64,000 nt of DNA from an uncultured Candidatus Saccharibacteria bacterium (GCA_964359735.1 CAYHTZ010000006.1:3898-67897), one strand, 5' to 3'. Positions 1-9,316 are shown, counted from the stretch's first letter. Made by a program: numbers and translations. Notes: generated from the sequence alone by a model not told the origin.

Positions 1-375
1 GTATTCCGCCCGGCGGCCTGGATAACACGCATGCTTACTCCCGGCGTGGTCATAATTTTCGCCGTGGCGGCGGTGGGGCTCGTGGTAGGCGGGTACATTG
101 TGTGGCAGGTGCAATCCTTTTTTCGCCTGCCTCGACTGACTTTAGTTGAACCAGCCGGCGTAATTGTGGCCACCGATGAGCTTACGGTACGAGGGTTGGC
201 AGAGGCCGGGGCGCAGGTAACAGTGAACGGGCAAGCGGTACTTCTCTCTGAAGGTGGCCAGTTTGAAATGAAGCTGATTCTCCACCCGGGAGTGAATGTG
301 CTCCGGCTTGAAGCGCAGAACGCGGCGGAGCGAAAGCGTGTCTTGGAGAAGCACTTGCTTTTGCCGCGCAGTTAA
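1..375 (+). CDS. 5'-partial membrane-anchored protein with C-terminal Ig-like (glucodextranase-B-like) domain, possibly RodZ-like
   Basis: Frame open from base 1; TM helix then 'LTVRG...VTVNG...F...L.PGVN.L...A.N.A' Ig-like pattern; directly upstream of recA. Confidence 0.55.
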   Translation, partial: VFRPAAWITRMLTPGVVIIFAVAAVGLVVGGYIVWQVQSFFRLPRLTLVEPAGVIVATDELTVRGLAEAGAQVTVNGQAVLLSEGGQFEMKLILHPGVNVLRLEAQNAAERKRVLEKHLLLPRS

Positions 376-390
376 GGGTACGGTGAAGTG

Positions 391-1482
391 ATGGCAAAAG
401 CGGCCCTTCAACAAGCTCCCGCCGCCGCTAAAGCTCCGGCGGGCAAGCAGGGTAAAGTCCAAGATCCAGCTAAGGCGCGGGCAGCGGCGGTTACCTCGGC
501 GCTAGAAGAGATTAAAGAACGCTTTGGCGAGGGCGCCATTATGCGCCTGGGAGAAGTAAAGCGGGTGGATATTGATGCGATTCCCACCGGTTCCATTTCT
601 TTAGATGTAGCGCTGGGGATTGGCGGTGTACCCAAGGGCAGAATTATTGAGATCTACGGTCCGGAGTCGAGCGGGAAGAGTACGTTGGCGCTCCACATTG
701 CTGCCAACGCGCAGCGGAGAGGCGGAGTAGTAGCCTACGTGGATGCCGAGCATGCCCTTGACCCGCAGTATGCCAAGCGCTTGGGTGTGAATGTCGAGGA
801 GCTTCTGATTAGCCAGCCGGATGCGGGCGAGCAAGCGCTGGATATTGTGGAAGCCTTGGTGCGTGCTGGAGGCTTGGATTTAATTGTGGTGGATTCAGTG
901 GCGGCACTCACCCCGCGAGCTGAAATCGAAGGAGAGATGGGAGATTCACACATGGGCCTGCAAGCGCGTCTCATGAGCCAGGCGCTGCGGAAGCTGACGG
1001 GAGTGGCGGCTAAGACAGGCACCACCGTGATTTTCATTAACCAAATTCGACTCAAGATCGGCGTCATGTTCGGCAACCCGGAGGAAACAACGGGGGGCAA
1101 GGCGCTCAAGTTTTACTCCTCGGTGAGAATTGAAGTGCGCCGCCGCGCTCAAATTAAAATGGGGGAGGATAAAATTATCGGCAGCCGTATCAAAGCTAAA
1201 GTCGTAAAGAACAAGGTGGCGCCTCCCTTCCGGGTGGCGGAGTTCGATATCATGTACAACGAAGGTATCAGCTACGAAGGAGATTTAATCGATATGGGAC
1301 TGGCTCACAAGATTGTGCAGAAGTCGGGCAGCTGGCTCACCTGGGGCGATGTGAAGCTCGGCCAAGGGCGAGAGGCTGCTAAGCAGACGCTCAGGAACAA
1401 TAAGAAGTTGGCTAAAGATATAGCCGCCCAGATTTGGAAAGCAGTGGAGGAATCAGAACGGCAAGAGGCGCAGGCCCGCTAA
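391..1482 (+). CDS. recA: Recombinase RecA
   Basis: GPESSGKST Walker [35 protein letters not shown]. Confidence 0.99.
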   Translation: MAKAALQQAPAAAKAPAGKQGKVQDPAKARAAAVTSALEEIKERFGEGAIMRLGEVKRVDIDAIPTGSISLDVALGIGGVPKGRIIEIYGPESSGKSTLALHIAANAQRRGGVVAYVDAEHALDPQYAKRLGVNVEELLISQPDAGEQALDIVEALVRAGGLDLIVVDSVAALTPRAEIEGEMGDSHMGLQARLMSQALRKLTGVAAKTGTTVIFINQIRLKIGVMFGNPEETTGGKALKFYSSVRIEVRRRAQIKMGEDKIIGSRIKAKVVKNKVAPPFRVAEFDIMYNEGISYEGDLIDMGLAHKIVQKSGSWLTWGDVKLGQGREAAKQTLRNNKKLAKDIAAQIWKAVEESERQEAQAR

Positions 1483-1492
1483 CCTCACCGGC

Positions 1493-1816
1493 TTAGAAGG
1501 AGAAGTCGACTCTACCGAGGTGGGGTCGGATGAGGTCATCAGGTGCCGTGCGGTTGCGGGAGATTTTGCCGCAGGCTTCACACTGGTGAATGAGGTCAAG
1601 GTTATCGGGGTCAGTGCCTTCGATCCGTACCAGCTTCATGCATCCGCCGCAGGTAGAGGCGCGGTCGCCGGGCAAGGCGTCGTCCACATGTTTGGAAGTT
1701 AGGCACTGGGGGCAATGGTTACGAAATGTACCCTTCGCGGGACCGACTTGGGCGTGGCAAGATTCACACGTAAAGCCTTCGTTGATGGGTATAAAGTTTT
1801 TTCTTTGCTGAGACAC
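1493..1816 (-). CDS. RNHCP domain protein (Zn-binding)
   Basis: FRNHCPQCL motif, SKHVD..PGDRAS.CGG, several CxxC pairs. Confidence 0.9.
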   Translation of the reverse strand: MSQQRKNFIPINEGFTCESCHAQVGPAKGTFRNHCPQCLTSKHVDDALPGDRASTCGGCMKLVRIEGTDPDNLDLIHQCEACGKISRNRTAPDDLIRPHLGRVDFSF

Positions 1817-1820
1817 ACCG

Positions 1821-2225
1821 CTAGTCGATTAGGTTTTTCGCTTTGAGGTTGTCGAATACGAGCTGGCCCGCCCGGCCAATCTGCGGCCGCATGCTATACG
1901 GGGCGTAGTTGATTTCCTCAATTTCGTTGCTGGGTGAAAGGGTGCCTTTGTACGTGCCGGTATAGCACGTGAGCCGCGCGATGGTGCCGGGCGGTTGCCC
2001 ATGAGCTTGGCCTTCAAAGGTGCCATAGTGAGCGAGGCTCCTCAGATCCAGCGCGACAGATAGTTCCTCTTGTATCTCTCGCAGCAAGGCGGCCTGGTCG
2101 CTCTCATCGCCTTGCCGTTTCCCACCGGGCATGTACCAGGCATCTTTCCCGCGCGTGCGCGTGACTAAGACTTTGCGGTCTTGAATTTCAATCCAAGCCA
2201 GCTTATCGATAGCGGGCTTTGCCAT
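1821..2225 (-). CDS. NUDIX hydrolase
   Basis: PGGKRQGDESDQAALLREIQEEL Nudix box; ATG at 2225 chosen because upstream frame overlaps rpsR. Confidence 0.92.
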   Translation of the reverse strand: MAKPAIDKLAWIEIQDRKVLVTRTRGKDAWYMPGGKRQGDESDQAALLREIQEELSVALDLRSLAHYGTFEGQAHGQPPGTIARLTCYTGTYKGTLSPSNEIEEINYAPYSMRPQIGRAGQLVFDNLKAKNLID

Positions 2226-2230
2226 GGCTC

Positions 2231-2446
2231 CTAGTGTCCCCGGTACGGGAGGAGCCCCATTTCTCGAGCGCGCTTGATTTCGCGAGACAGCCGGCGCTGA
2301 TGGCGGGCGCATGTACCCGTCTTTTTGCGGGGTAAAATTTTGTGCTGGCCACTGATGAAGCGCCGGAGCAGTTCAGTGTCTCGGAGTGTTACCTCTTCAA
2401 GGTTTTGGGCGCAAAAGAAACAAATTGAGCTCCGGGAGCGTTTCAT
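2231..2446 (-). CDS. rpsR: 30S ribosomal protein S18
   Basis: CFFC...LLRRFIS...KILPRKKTGTCARHQR...IKRAR..GLLPY; rpsF-ssb-rpsR order. Confidence 0.97.
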   Translation of the reverse strand: MKRSRSSICFFCAQNLEEVTLRDTELLRRFISGQHKILPRKKTGTCARHQRRLSREIKRAREMGLLPYRGH

Positions 2447-2449
2447 GGC

Positions 2450-2920
2450 TTAAAAGGGAATGTCTTCGATACGGATTTCTTCGTCGGCTACGCCGGCTGC
2501 AGGAGCAGCTACCATGGCTGGCTCACGCTTTTCTTCCACCGGTTGATCGCTGCTTGCTCCGCGATCAGCGCCAGCTGACTTTGTGGAGTCTCCTTTATTG
2601 CCCAACATAATCATGTTATCGGCAATAACTTCTGTGCGGTAACGTTTCTGGCCATTTTGATCTTCCCAATTGCGGGTTTCGAGGTGTCCTTCTAGGTAAA
2701 TTTGACGACCTTTAGCGAGATATTGAGCGCAGATTTCGCCGAGGCGCCGCCAGGCCACTATGTTATGAAATTCGGTGCGGTCTTGGGTGTTTCCTTGGTC
2801 ATCCTTCCAAGTGCGGCTGGTGGCCAGAGAAAAATTGCACACGGTGACGCCCTGGGGAGTGGTGCGGGATTCCGGGTCCCGGGTTAAGCGGCCAATCAGC
2901 ATCACTTTATTGAGATCCAT
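2450..2920 (-). CDS. ssb: Single-stranded DNA-binding protein
   Basis: LNKVMLIGRLTRDPE OB-fold start; acidic C-terminal EDIPF. Confidence 0.98.
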   Translation of the reverse strand: MDLNKVMLIGRLTRDPESRTTPQGVTVCNFSLATSRTWKDDQGNTQDRTEFHNIVAWRRLGEICAQYLAKGRQIYLEGHLETRNWEDQNGQKRYRTEVIADNMIMLGNKGDSTKSAGADRGASSDQPVEEKREPAMVAAPAAGVADEEIRIEDIPF

Positions 2921-2924
2921 ACAT

Positions 2925-3368
2925 TTATTTTACCTCTTCTTCGAGTGCCTTCTCGATGCCTTTCTCCACTTCCTCCATCGTTACTGGCTTAGCTGGGGCT
3001 GCCTTACTCGTTACCGGAGCAGGAGTAGGACGGCCTTTGCTTCCGCGGAGCTGGTCAAGAATGGTGGCGGGGACTTCGGAGCGGCGGGGAGTGTTCAAAA
3101 TGGAGAAACGGAGCAAGCCGGCGTGCTTTTTGAAGAAGGTTTTGAGCTCCTCCACCTGGCTTGACTCTAGCTCAACTTGCAGCGCCCGCATGCCGGCTGT
3201 GCGCTTACCCGCTACGGGGTAAAAAAGCCGGCGGGGGGTATGGGGGGAGGAGAAGCTGGCACTGCCTCCAAGATCGCGGATAGCACCATCTACCTCAGCA
3301 TCAAGCTGAGCGCGAGCTTCTTCGGCGATCTCGCCGTCACTAATATAGGTGATTTCGTACTGGGCCAT
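2925..3368 (-). CDS. rpsF: 30S ribosomal protein S6 with C-terminal extension
   Basis: YEITYI...RRLFYPV...LLRF; first gene of rpsF-ssb-rpsR. Confidence 0.88.
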   Translation of the reverse strand: MAQYEITYISDGEIAEEARAQLDAEVDGAIRDLGGSASFSSPHTPRRLFYPVAGKRTAGMRALQVELESSQVEELKTFFKKHAGLLRFSILNTPRRSEVPATILDQLRGSKGRPTPAPVTSKAAPAKPVTMEEVEKGIEKALEEEVK

Positions 3369-3414
3369 GGTGCAGAAAAAATATACCAAACGGACCAAAA
3401 AGTCAAAAGTGTCA

Positions 3415-3453
3415 CCCCACTTCGCCCCACCGGCTGGCGGGGCTTCGCGGGGC
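3415..3453. repeat. REP-like palindromic element, family A (intergenic)
   Basis: CCCCACTTCG-[inner hairpin]-CTTCGCGGGGC, same ends as copies at 3853 and 8764. Confidence 0.75.
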
Positions 3454-3457
3454 GTGG

Positions 3458-4420
3458 TTACACCGCGAACTTAAAGATCACCACATCTCCGTCCTGAACC
3501 ACGTATTCTTTGCCTTCATCGCGCAGCAGCCCGCGAGCTCTAGCGGCCGCGTAGGAGCCGGCAGAAAGGAGGTCCTGCCAGGCGATTGTCTCGGCGCGGA
3601 TAAATCCTCGCTCCATGTCAGAGTGGACTTTACCAGCGGCTTCAGGGGCCTTCGTGCCTTGCCGTACTGTCCAAGCGCGGGTTTCTTTTGGTCCGGTGGT
3701 TAGGAAGGTAATGAGGTTGAGAAGAGAATAACTGGCTTGAATAAGACGGTTGAGGCCAGTGTCTGCCAGGCCGTATTCCTGTAAGAAGGTAGCGCGCTCT
3801 TCGTCAGAGAGTTCAACCAACTCCTGCTCGATTTTTATGGAAATAGGGAGTACCCCACTTCGCTCGGAAGCTTCGCGGGGCGCAGCGGGCGAGATCTTAC
3901 CCTTGAACTCAGCAATAATGGCATCGGCGTTTTGCATTTGAGTTTCCGAAAGATTTGCTATGTACAACGTGGGTTTGGTTGAAAGTTTTGGCGTGTCTTC
4001 TTTGGTGTTTAAGTCAGCTAGCTCGAGCTCGGTGCGGATCGTTTCCACATCGTCGATCGGGTTTACCCGATTCATAACGTGGGTAATACTGGGGTCTTCA
4101 AAGAACCGGACTACATGGGCAATGGCGTCTACTTCCCGGATGTGGGAGAGAAATTGATTGCCCAGCCCCTCGCCTTGGTGCGCGTTCTTCACCAGGCCGG
4201 CGATGTCTACAAACTCAACGCTGGTGGGCACGATTTTTTCAGATTTGCTCATGGCCGCCAGTTTTTCTAGGCGCTCGTCGGGCACAGGCACCACGCCGAC
4301 ATTCGGGTCAATGGTGGTAAACGGGACATTCCGCGCCGCCACCGCTTGCTTAGTAAGCGCGTTAAATAAGGTAGACTTGCCCACATTGGGGAGACCAACA
4401 ATACCGATTCTTAAGCTCAT
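3458..4420 (-). CDS. ychF: Obg-family ATPase YchF, shortened helical domain
   Basis: GIVGLPNVGKSTLFNALT, FTTIDPN, FVDIAGLV, GEGLGNQFL, TGS domain 'GKEYVVQDGDV'. Confidence 0.98.
   Translation of the reverse strand: MSLRIGIVGLPNVGKSTLFNALTKQAVAARNVPFTTIDPNVGVVPVPDERLEKLAAMSKSEKIVPTSVEFVDIAGLVKNAHQGEGLGNQFLSHIREVDAIAHVVRFFEDPSITHVMNRVNPIDDVETIRTELELADLNTKEDTPKLSTKPTLYIANLSETQMQNADAIIAEFKGKISPAAPREASERSGVLPISIKIEQELVELSDEERATFLQEYGLADTGLNRLIQASYSLLNLITFLTTGPKETRAWTVRQGTKAPEAAGKVHSDMERGFIRAETIAWQDLLSAGSYAAARARGLLRDEGKEYVVQDGDVVIFKFAV
3853..3881. repeat. REP-like family A element inside ychF coding sequence
   Basis: CCCCACTTCGCTCGGAAGCTTCGCGGGGC; translated as APREASERSG. Confidence 0.8.
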
Positions 4421-4571
4421 ATCCCAACCTTTCGGTGGTTAGCGGTATGTGACCCCATATTTCACCTTTCTTTTGCCCATATATGACTACTTTATCAATT
4501 AGTTCCCTTATTACAGCTGTTCTGTTGCGAAAATCAAGTTTGAGAAAGATACTTTGTTGTACTAATCCGAC
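4362..4571 (-). pseudogene. C-terminal remnant of a large serine recombinase running into the ychF start (attR-like)
   Basis: Startless frame VGLVQQSIFLKLDFRNRTAVIRELIDKVVIYGQKKGEIWGHIPLTTERLGYELKNRYCWSPQCGQVYLI*; IRELIDKVVI resembles the LSR C-terminal motif. Confidence 0.7.
4404..4435 (-). mobile_element. att-like site 1, overlapping ychF ATG
   Basis: CCGAAAGGTTGGGATATGAGCTTAAGAATCGG, 25/32 identical by my alignment to 5606..5637. Confidence 0.7.
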
Positions 4572-5519
4572 CTAAATCATGCTTTGTCCTTTGTGTGGTT
4601 TGTATTCAGAGAAGGGTGTTAAAGCAATGAAGTTAGAGTTGTTTTTTCGATAACAAAATTTGTTATCTATAACTTCAACTTCTTGGACTAACTCCAAGTC
4701 TTTTGGGTCGCCAGTTCTTGATATATAGGTCTTGTTGCTTCCCATGAAAGTACCTGGAACACTGTTTGGTAAAGTGCCAACCATTAACGTGATTACGCCA
4801 CCCCCTACAGTGGGCAGTTCTTTGGTGGCTGCCGTTGAAAAAATGAAAGCAGCTAGTACACCCGTTTCTCGTATGACGTTGCCGCACCCTTTCTCGAACT
4901 CTAATTGACCAATGAGGGTTGAGGGTACGTCTTCCTTCGAGAATCCTTTTGGACCGTAAGCCAAGTATTCACCCCAATCAGTGTCTTCGATTTTTAATAG
5001 GTTTTCTTTGGGGGATATTTGTACCCCGAATAAACGGCTGTGTGGCACTGGCAGTTCTGGGTATGGGTTGGGATTGTTCCCTTTAGCTTTAAGTCCCTCA
5101 TAAATTACAGGCTTCAGTTCCATTTGGGTGCCTGTAGTGTCTTGAAAATGCTTAACTTTCTTGATTAACTGTTTTCCAGAAATTATTTTCCTTTTGTCTG
5201 GATCAATGCCAGCAAATAACAAGCAAGACTTTGCGTAGTGATGTGATTCAAGATATTTATTGATAGTTTGTTTAATCCACCCCTCTATCCCTGCTCGGAA
5301 CTGATCAATAGGGAGTTTTGGAATTGGATCCGCTTTTAACTTTTTAAAAAGATATTGAGCAAGTGCGAGGTCACCAGCGGCCGCAACAAGAAGATTATTA
5401 TGTATGTTTTCTATCTTGAGGATGTCATCCTTGCTATCACCTGATACGGTTTTAGTTAATCGAGTATCGGCTGCTAGATAAATTCGGTCTGATAAATTAG
5501 CTCCGAATATCAATGACAT
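4572..5519 (-). CDS. Proteasome-beta/HslV-like Ntn-hydrolase, AT-rich cargo gene
   Basis: MSLIFG...IYLAADTRLT, LKI, AAAGD, late TVGGGV; GAGGAGG RBS upstream of ATG 5519. Confidence 0.65.
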   Translation of the reverse strand: MSLIFGANLSDRIYLAADTRLTKTVSGDSKDDILKIENIHNNLLVAAAGDLALAQYLFKKLKADPIPKLPIDQFRAGIEGWIKQTINKYLESHHYAKSCLLFAGIDPDKRKIISGKQLIKKVKHFQDTTGTQMELKPVIYEGLKAKGNNPNPYPELPVPHSRLFGVQISPKENLLKIEDTDWGEYLAYGPKGFSKEDVPSTLIGQLEFEKGCGNVIRETGVLAAFIFSTAATKELPTVGGGVITLMVGTLPNSVPGTFMGSNKTYISRTGDPKDLELVQEVEVIDNKFCYRKNNSNFIALTPFSEYKPHKGQSMI

Positions 5520-5533
5520 ATTAGGTGTCCTCC

Positions 5534-5698
5534 TCAAGGTTTAGGGTAGTCAAATACCAGATGGAATTTCATCGATTCAAAGGTTGGGATGGAAGCGTTA
5601 CTATCCCTACTCTTAGGTTCATATCCCACTTTTTCGGTTAGTTTGCATAATGTGTTAGATGGTAACGGAATGTGGATAACAACTTCAACTTCCTTTCT
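5534..5698 (-). pseudogene. Second recombinase C-terminal remnant containing att-like site 2 (5606..5637)
   Basis: RKEVEVVIHIPLPSNTLCKLTEKVGYEPKSRDSNASIPTFESMKFHLVFDYPKP*; HIPL...TEKVGYEPKSR parallels HIPLTTERLGYELKNR; alternate frame reads MNLRVGIVTLP. Confidence 0.68.
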
Positions 5699-5971
5699 AT
5701 TCTACCTAACAAATACCCCGACCGTCAGCTCGGGGAAGTTTATGGGAAGCCATTTAACAGCAGTACGGGCTACTACTGGAATGTAATACTGTAGTAGGAA
5801 GGTGTTTTTGCGGGAATGCCCTTGTTGGGTATAAAGAATCTTTGCAGGATTACTTGCGTGATTATTGCGCGATTCTAGTTAAGTGGCTATATAGGTCGGC
5901 TACAAGTGATTATGTATACGGGACCCAAACGCCAAGCAGGTAGCGCAAAGTAGGATATTTCTTGGGAAGGC

Positions 5972-8605
5972 TTACAACCCGGTCACAGCTTTAATCTTAT
6001 GCCTGGTTTTGGGACCGACGTATCCTAGGGCTGGCTGAACGTTGTGTTTTTTCTGAAAGGTGGTTACGGCATTCTTGGTCGACAGATCAAAGAGAGTGGT
6101 CAAGGAGCGTTCGCTGTAGCTACCTTCATAGATCAGGAATTGCTGCAAGGCGGCTACTTCCGCACCGCTGTCGCCATACTGCAAATCTTTTTCAAACAAT
6201 AACAAATCTTCCGGTACCTCCAGACGAACAAGCGACTCCGAGACCACATTGAGTTTAGCGCGCGTTGCCTGATCAGTTATGCCGGTTTGCGGTAGATTAT
6301 GTTTGGCTTGAAAGCGTTTCAGAGCAGTTTCCGTTAATGCCCCAAAGTAGCCGGTAATTGATTTTTCCGGATACAAGTCTTCGTCGGCGGCCAAGACCTC
6401 TTGCAAATGCTCGACTTCAATATCTTGATGACCCCGTCGCAAATCTTCAACAAAGTGTTCTTTCGCTACCCGTGGAATAATAAGCGGAACTTTACTCAGC
6501 TTGATCTGATTGCGTCCTTTAACCGCGCTTAACGAAACATTAATCCCTTTGGAGTACTGTCCGGCGCGATTATACGAGTAGAGTGTATAGTACGCCGTTT
6601 TGCCGTTGGTGACCGCGGTGTCGGTAAAGCTCTGACTGCGGCCCTGATAGACCACTTTGCCATCAGAGGGTGAGCTCGCATAGCCGCCAGCCTTTTTGAC
6701 GATCACCGTTCGCACAAAAGCACTGCTGGGAGAGTTTTGCCACGTTAAGGTAATTTGTTTATCTTCGCCAGAACCATTCAGAACAAACGGTGCATTGGTC
6801 GTTGATCCAGCCGAGTCTTCAGCTTCAGGTTCGTTGGCGCCGCTGCTGTCAGTTGTCTGGCCACTTGGTTCAAATGCAGGAGTGGCGTTAGTCACATTCG
6901 AGAGCGATGACCACGTTGTCTCTGCGTATTTTGATTTGAGCGCGAAATAGTAACGGGTGCCAGGCGTAAGACCAGCGACGATATATCTGCGCTGCGCTCC
7001 GTTTGGTTGTACATCGCCGTAGAGGACAGGTGTAGATTGGGCGCGATGAGCCTGGCTAAAATTAGCTTCAGTAATTGGCTCCTGACTATATCGAATGGTG
7101 TATTCCGCGGCGGTATCAGCATCAGCGTTCGCCACCTGCCAACTTAGCGTGGCCGAGGTTTGATCGTGCGTATTAACAGCTACATTTGTAATGGTATGGG
7201 GAGGCTGAAGGATGCTTACTCCTTCTTTTGAAGTATCAGCAGTGGTTGTAAAGGTGGAGTCGCTCGATTCGGTGATATTCCCCACTTCATCGACGGAGCG
7301 TACTCGGTAGTGATAGGTGGTGTCGGGTGTAAGATGAGCGAGGTGGACGCTATGAGCAGTAGTCCGCGTGGCCGAAGCAGCGCTGACTTGTCCGTAGGCA
7401 GTGCTCAGGCCGTACTCCACTTGTGAAGTAGCACCTTTATCTGTATGCCAAGTAACGGTAGTGGTTGAGCTTTCCACGGCCGAGGCGCTGACGGCAGAGA
7501 TGGTGGCCGGAGCAATGATAGTGGTCGGTTCAGCTAAGGTAGTAAACTCTTCATTGGCCGAGACGGTGGCAACCGTGCCGCCGAGCGGCTTTGACTTCAC
7601 ACGGAAGTAATAGCCGGTATTCGAAGCAAGATCAGTTACTGTCACCGAGTGAGTCGTCGTCAATTCTGAATGTAAGGGCGAAGTCTGGCCAAAGAACGCA
7701 TTATCGCCGTATTCAACTTGGGAGTCCGAGGGTACATTCGTATGCCAGGTGATTGTCACGCTGGAAGTGTCGATAGAGGCTGCTTCAATGAAGGAAAAAA
7801 CAACTGTTGAAGGACCGGTACTCTCCGGCACAATTTCACCAGTAGTAAAGGTATTGTCTGGGGTGACAGCCAAATTACCCGCTTCGTCGCTTGATGCGAT
7901 GCGATAGTGATACAGGGTATTGAGGGAAAGATTCGACAGAGTAATGGCGTGAGTTACTGCCAAGTTTGCATCAAACGGCGAGACTGCGCCATAGCTAGCT
8001 GTGGTACCGTACTCAACTTCGCCATTCGCCACCTCGGTAGTTGTCCAGTTAATGGTAGCCGAAGAAGTCGTAAGAGAAGTGATGGTAACTGTTTCAATGG
8101 TGGGTGGGTTAGCATCAACTGCGGTCGGGACTGTGTCAGTAGTAAATGAGTGGCCGCAGGACTGACTCGCATTGCCCGTAATATCCGTAGCATGAATGCA
8201 GTAGTAATACGTGCTGCCAGCGGTGAGGTTCAGAATCGTGGCTGTGTGAACGAGCAGAGCCCCGGTGCCAAGGGTAACGCTATGGCCATAAGTAGTGGTG
8301 GACCCATACTCCAAGCGGGAAGTGGCCACCTCATCGGTGGACCAGACAATAGTGGCTTCAATGGGTAACAAGGAGGCTTCAGCCACGTTAGAGATGACGG
8401 GTGGGGTGGTGTCGCCAGGCGCTATAATCGGGGCGACTGTTTCAGTGACAGGTGGTGTGGTTGGTACAGATGTTGCCTCCGGAGTCGTGACAGGGGTAAT
8501 TTCTGGAGTGGGCAGCGGCGGGTTAAGTTCAACTTGCGCGTACGCTGGAAAGATATTCAGGCTTAGCAGAGTTATGACCAGCAGGGGCGCAAAGGATTTT
8601 TTCAT
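5972..8605 (-). CDS. Large secreted protein: tandem fibronectin-III-like repeats plus two C-terminal peptidoglycan-binding domains
   Basis: Signal peptide; repeated 'ATI.W.T....S.VEYG.T..YG...H.V.L..L...T.YHYR'; 'V..LQ..L...TGYFG..T..A...FQ'. Confidence 0.88.
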   Translation of the reverse strand: MKKSFAPLLVITLLSLNIFPAYAQVELNPPLPTPEITPVTTPEATSVPTTPPVTETVAPIIAPGDTTPPVISNVAEASLLPIEATIVWSTDEVATSRLEYGSTTTYGHSVTLGTGALLVHTATILNLTAGSTYYYCIHATDITGNASQSCGHSFTTDTVPTAVDANPPTIETVTITSLTTSSATINWTTTEVANGEVEYGTTASYGAVSPFDANLAVTHAITLSNLSLNTLYHYRIASSDEAGNLAVTPDNTFTTGEIVPESTGPSTVVFSFIEAASIDTSSVTITWHTNVPSDSQVEYGDNAFFGQTSPLHSELTTTHSVTVTDLASNTGYYFRVKSKPLGGTVATVSANEEFTTLAEPTTIIAPATISAVSASAVESSTTTVTWHTDKGATSQVEYGLSTAYGQVSAASATRTTAHSVHLAHLTPDTTYHYRVRSVDEVGNITESSDSTFTTTADTSKEGVSILQPPHTITNVAVNTHDQTSATLSWQVANADADTAAEYTIRYSQEPITEANFSQAHRAQSTPVLYGDVQPNGAQRRYIVAGLTPGTRYYFALKSKYAETTWSSLSNVTNATPAFEPSGQTTDSSGANEPEAEDSAGSTTNAPFVLNGSGEDKQITLTWQNSPSSAFVRTVIVKKAGGYASSPSDGKVVYQGRSQSFTDTAVTNGKTAYYTLYSYNRAGQYSKGINVSLSAVKGRNQIKLSKVPLIIPRVAKEHFVEDLRRGHQDIEVEHLQEVLAADEDLYPEKSITGYFGALTETALKRFQAKHNLPQTGITDQATRAKLNVVSESLVRLEVPEDLLLFEKDLQYGDSGAEVAALQQFLIYEGSYSERSLTTLFDLSTKNAVTTFQKKHNVQPALGYVGPKTRHKIKAVTGL

Positions 8606-8836
8606 GAGATTAGTGTGAAGTATAGCATGAGTTGGTATTCAGTTTTAGTAAGCGCTGGAGCTTGCGAATGCACAATCCGGCCTAAGTTATCGCGCTGCAC
8701 TATAATTCGCTCTCGGCGGGGCTTGGGCAGGGTAAGCGTGAGGGTAAAAGGAAGTAATTGAAACCCCACTTCGCTAAAGCTTCGCGGGGCAAGAGTTGGG
8801 GTGGTACTCAGTCGATCCCTACTTTTAACGACATGA
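8602..8836 (-). pseudogene. Recombinase C-terminal tail after att-like site 3 (core about 8814..8834; attL-like)
   Basis: HVVKSRDRLSTTPT...LLPFTLTLTLPKPRRERIIVQRDNLGRIVHSQAP; KSRD shared with site 2; alternate frame MSLKVGID* mimics YchF N-terminus. Confidence 0.6.
8764..8793. repeat. REP-like family A element
   Basis: CCCCACTTCGCTAAAGCTTCGCGGGGCAAG. Confidence 0.8.
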
Positions 8837-8839
8837 CGG

Positions 8840-9316
8840 CTAGTAGCTGAGGGACATTGAGCCTTCGTGGGTGAAGCCGGCGCCCTCGCCAGTAAAACTG
8901 AATGGCACGGTTTTACTATCTTTATTAACGACTCCACTAAACTGCGCGCTGGCCGGTATATTCACAAAGAAAGGGCTACATGCTCCTGCCATCGTGCCGG
9001 AAATCGCCCCATTATTTTGACCACTGAAGGTGCCCTTTACTTTTCCTTCACATGTTCCTGAAACAGAACCGGTCACGGCTCCGCCTTCCAGGGGAATGTT
9101 GGCGGTTACGTTTACCGAGTAATCTTTGAATGAATACGTCCCGGTGGCCGTGACAGCTCCTTCAGGTTCGGGTTCTTCAAGTTTTCCTAGTAAGCAATCA
9201 AAAATATCTTCTTCACCGCTACAGTTTTCAAAATAGTAGCCGATAGCCTCGTTGCCACCGAGGATAATAATGATAAGGATAACTACTATTAAGGCTCCAC
9301 ATCCCATTTTCCCCAT
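8840..9316 (-). CDS. Hypothetical membrane-anchored beta-rich protein
   Basis: N-terminal hydrophobic helix, Gly/Thr-rich beta strands, paired Cys. Confidence 0.7.
   Translation of the reverse strand: MGKMGCGALIVVILIIIILGGNEAIGYYFENCSGEEDIFDCLLGKLEEPEPEGAVTATGTYSFKDYSVNVTANIPLEGGAVTGSVSGTCEGKVKGTFSGQNNGAISGTMAGACSPFFVNIPASAQFSGVVNKDSKTVPFSFTGEGAGFTHEGSMSLSY

Noticed and set aside
5578-5590. 12-bp inverted match (AAAGGTTGGGAT) to 4421..4432 as IS terminal repeats
   Set aside because: No transposase or target duplication; better explained by att-site symmetry or chance.
8602-8937. 111-aa minus-strand ORF as an intact gene
   Set aside because: Its start lies inside the upstream gene; only the part after the att-like site looks meaningful, as a recombinase tail.
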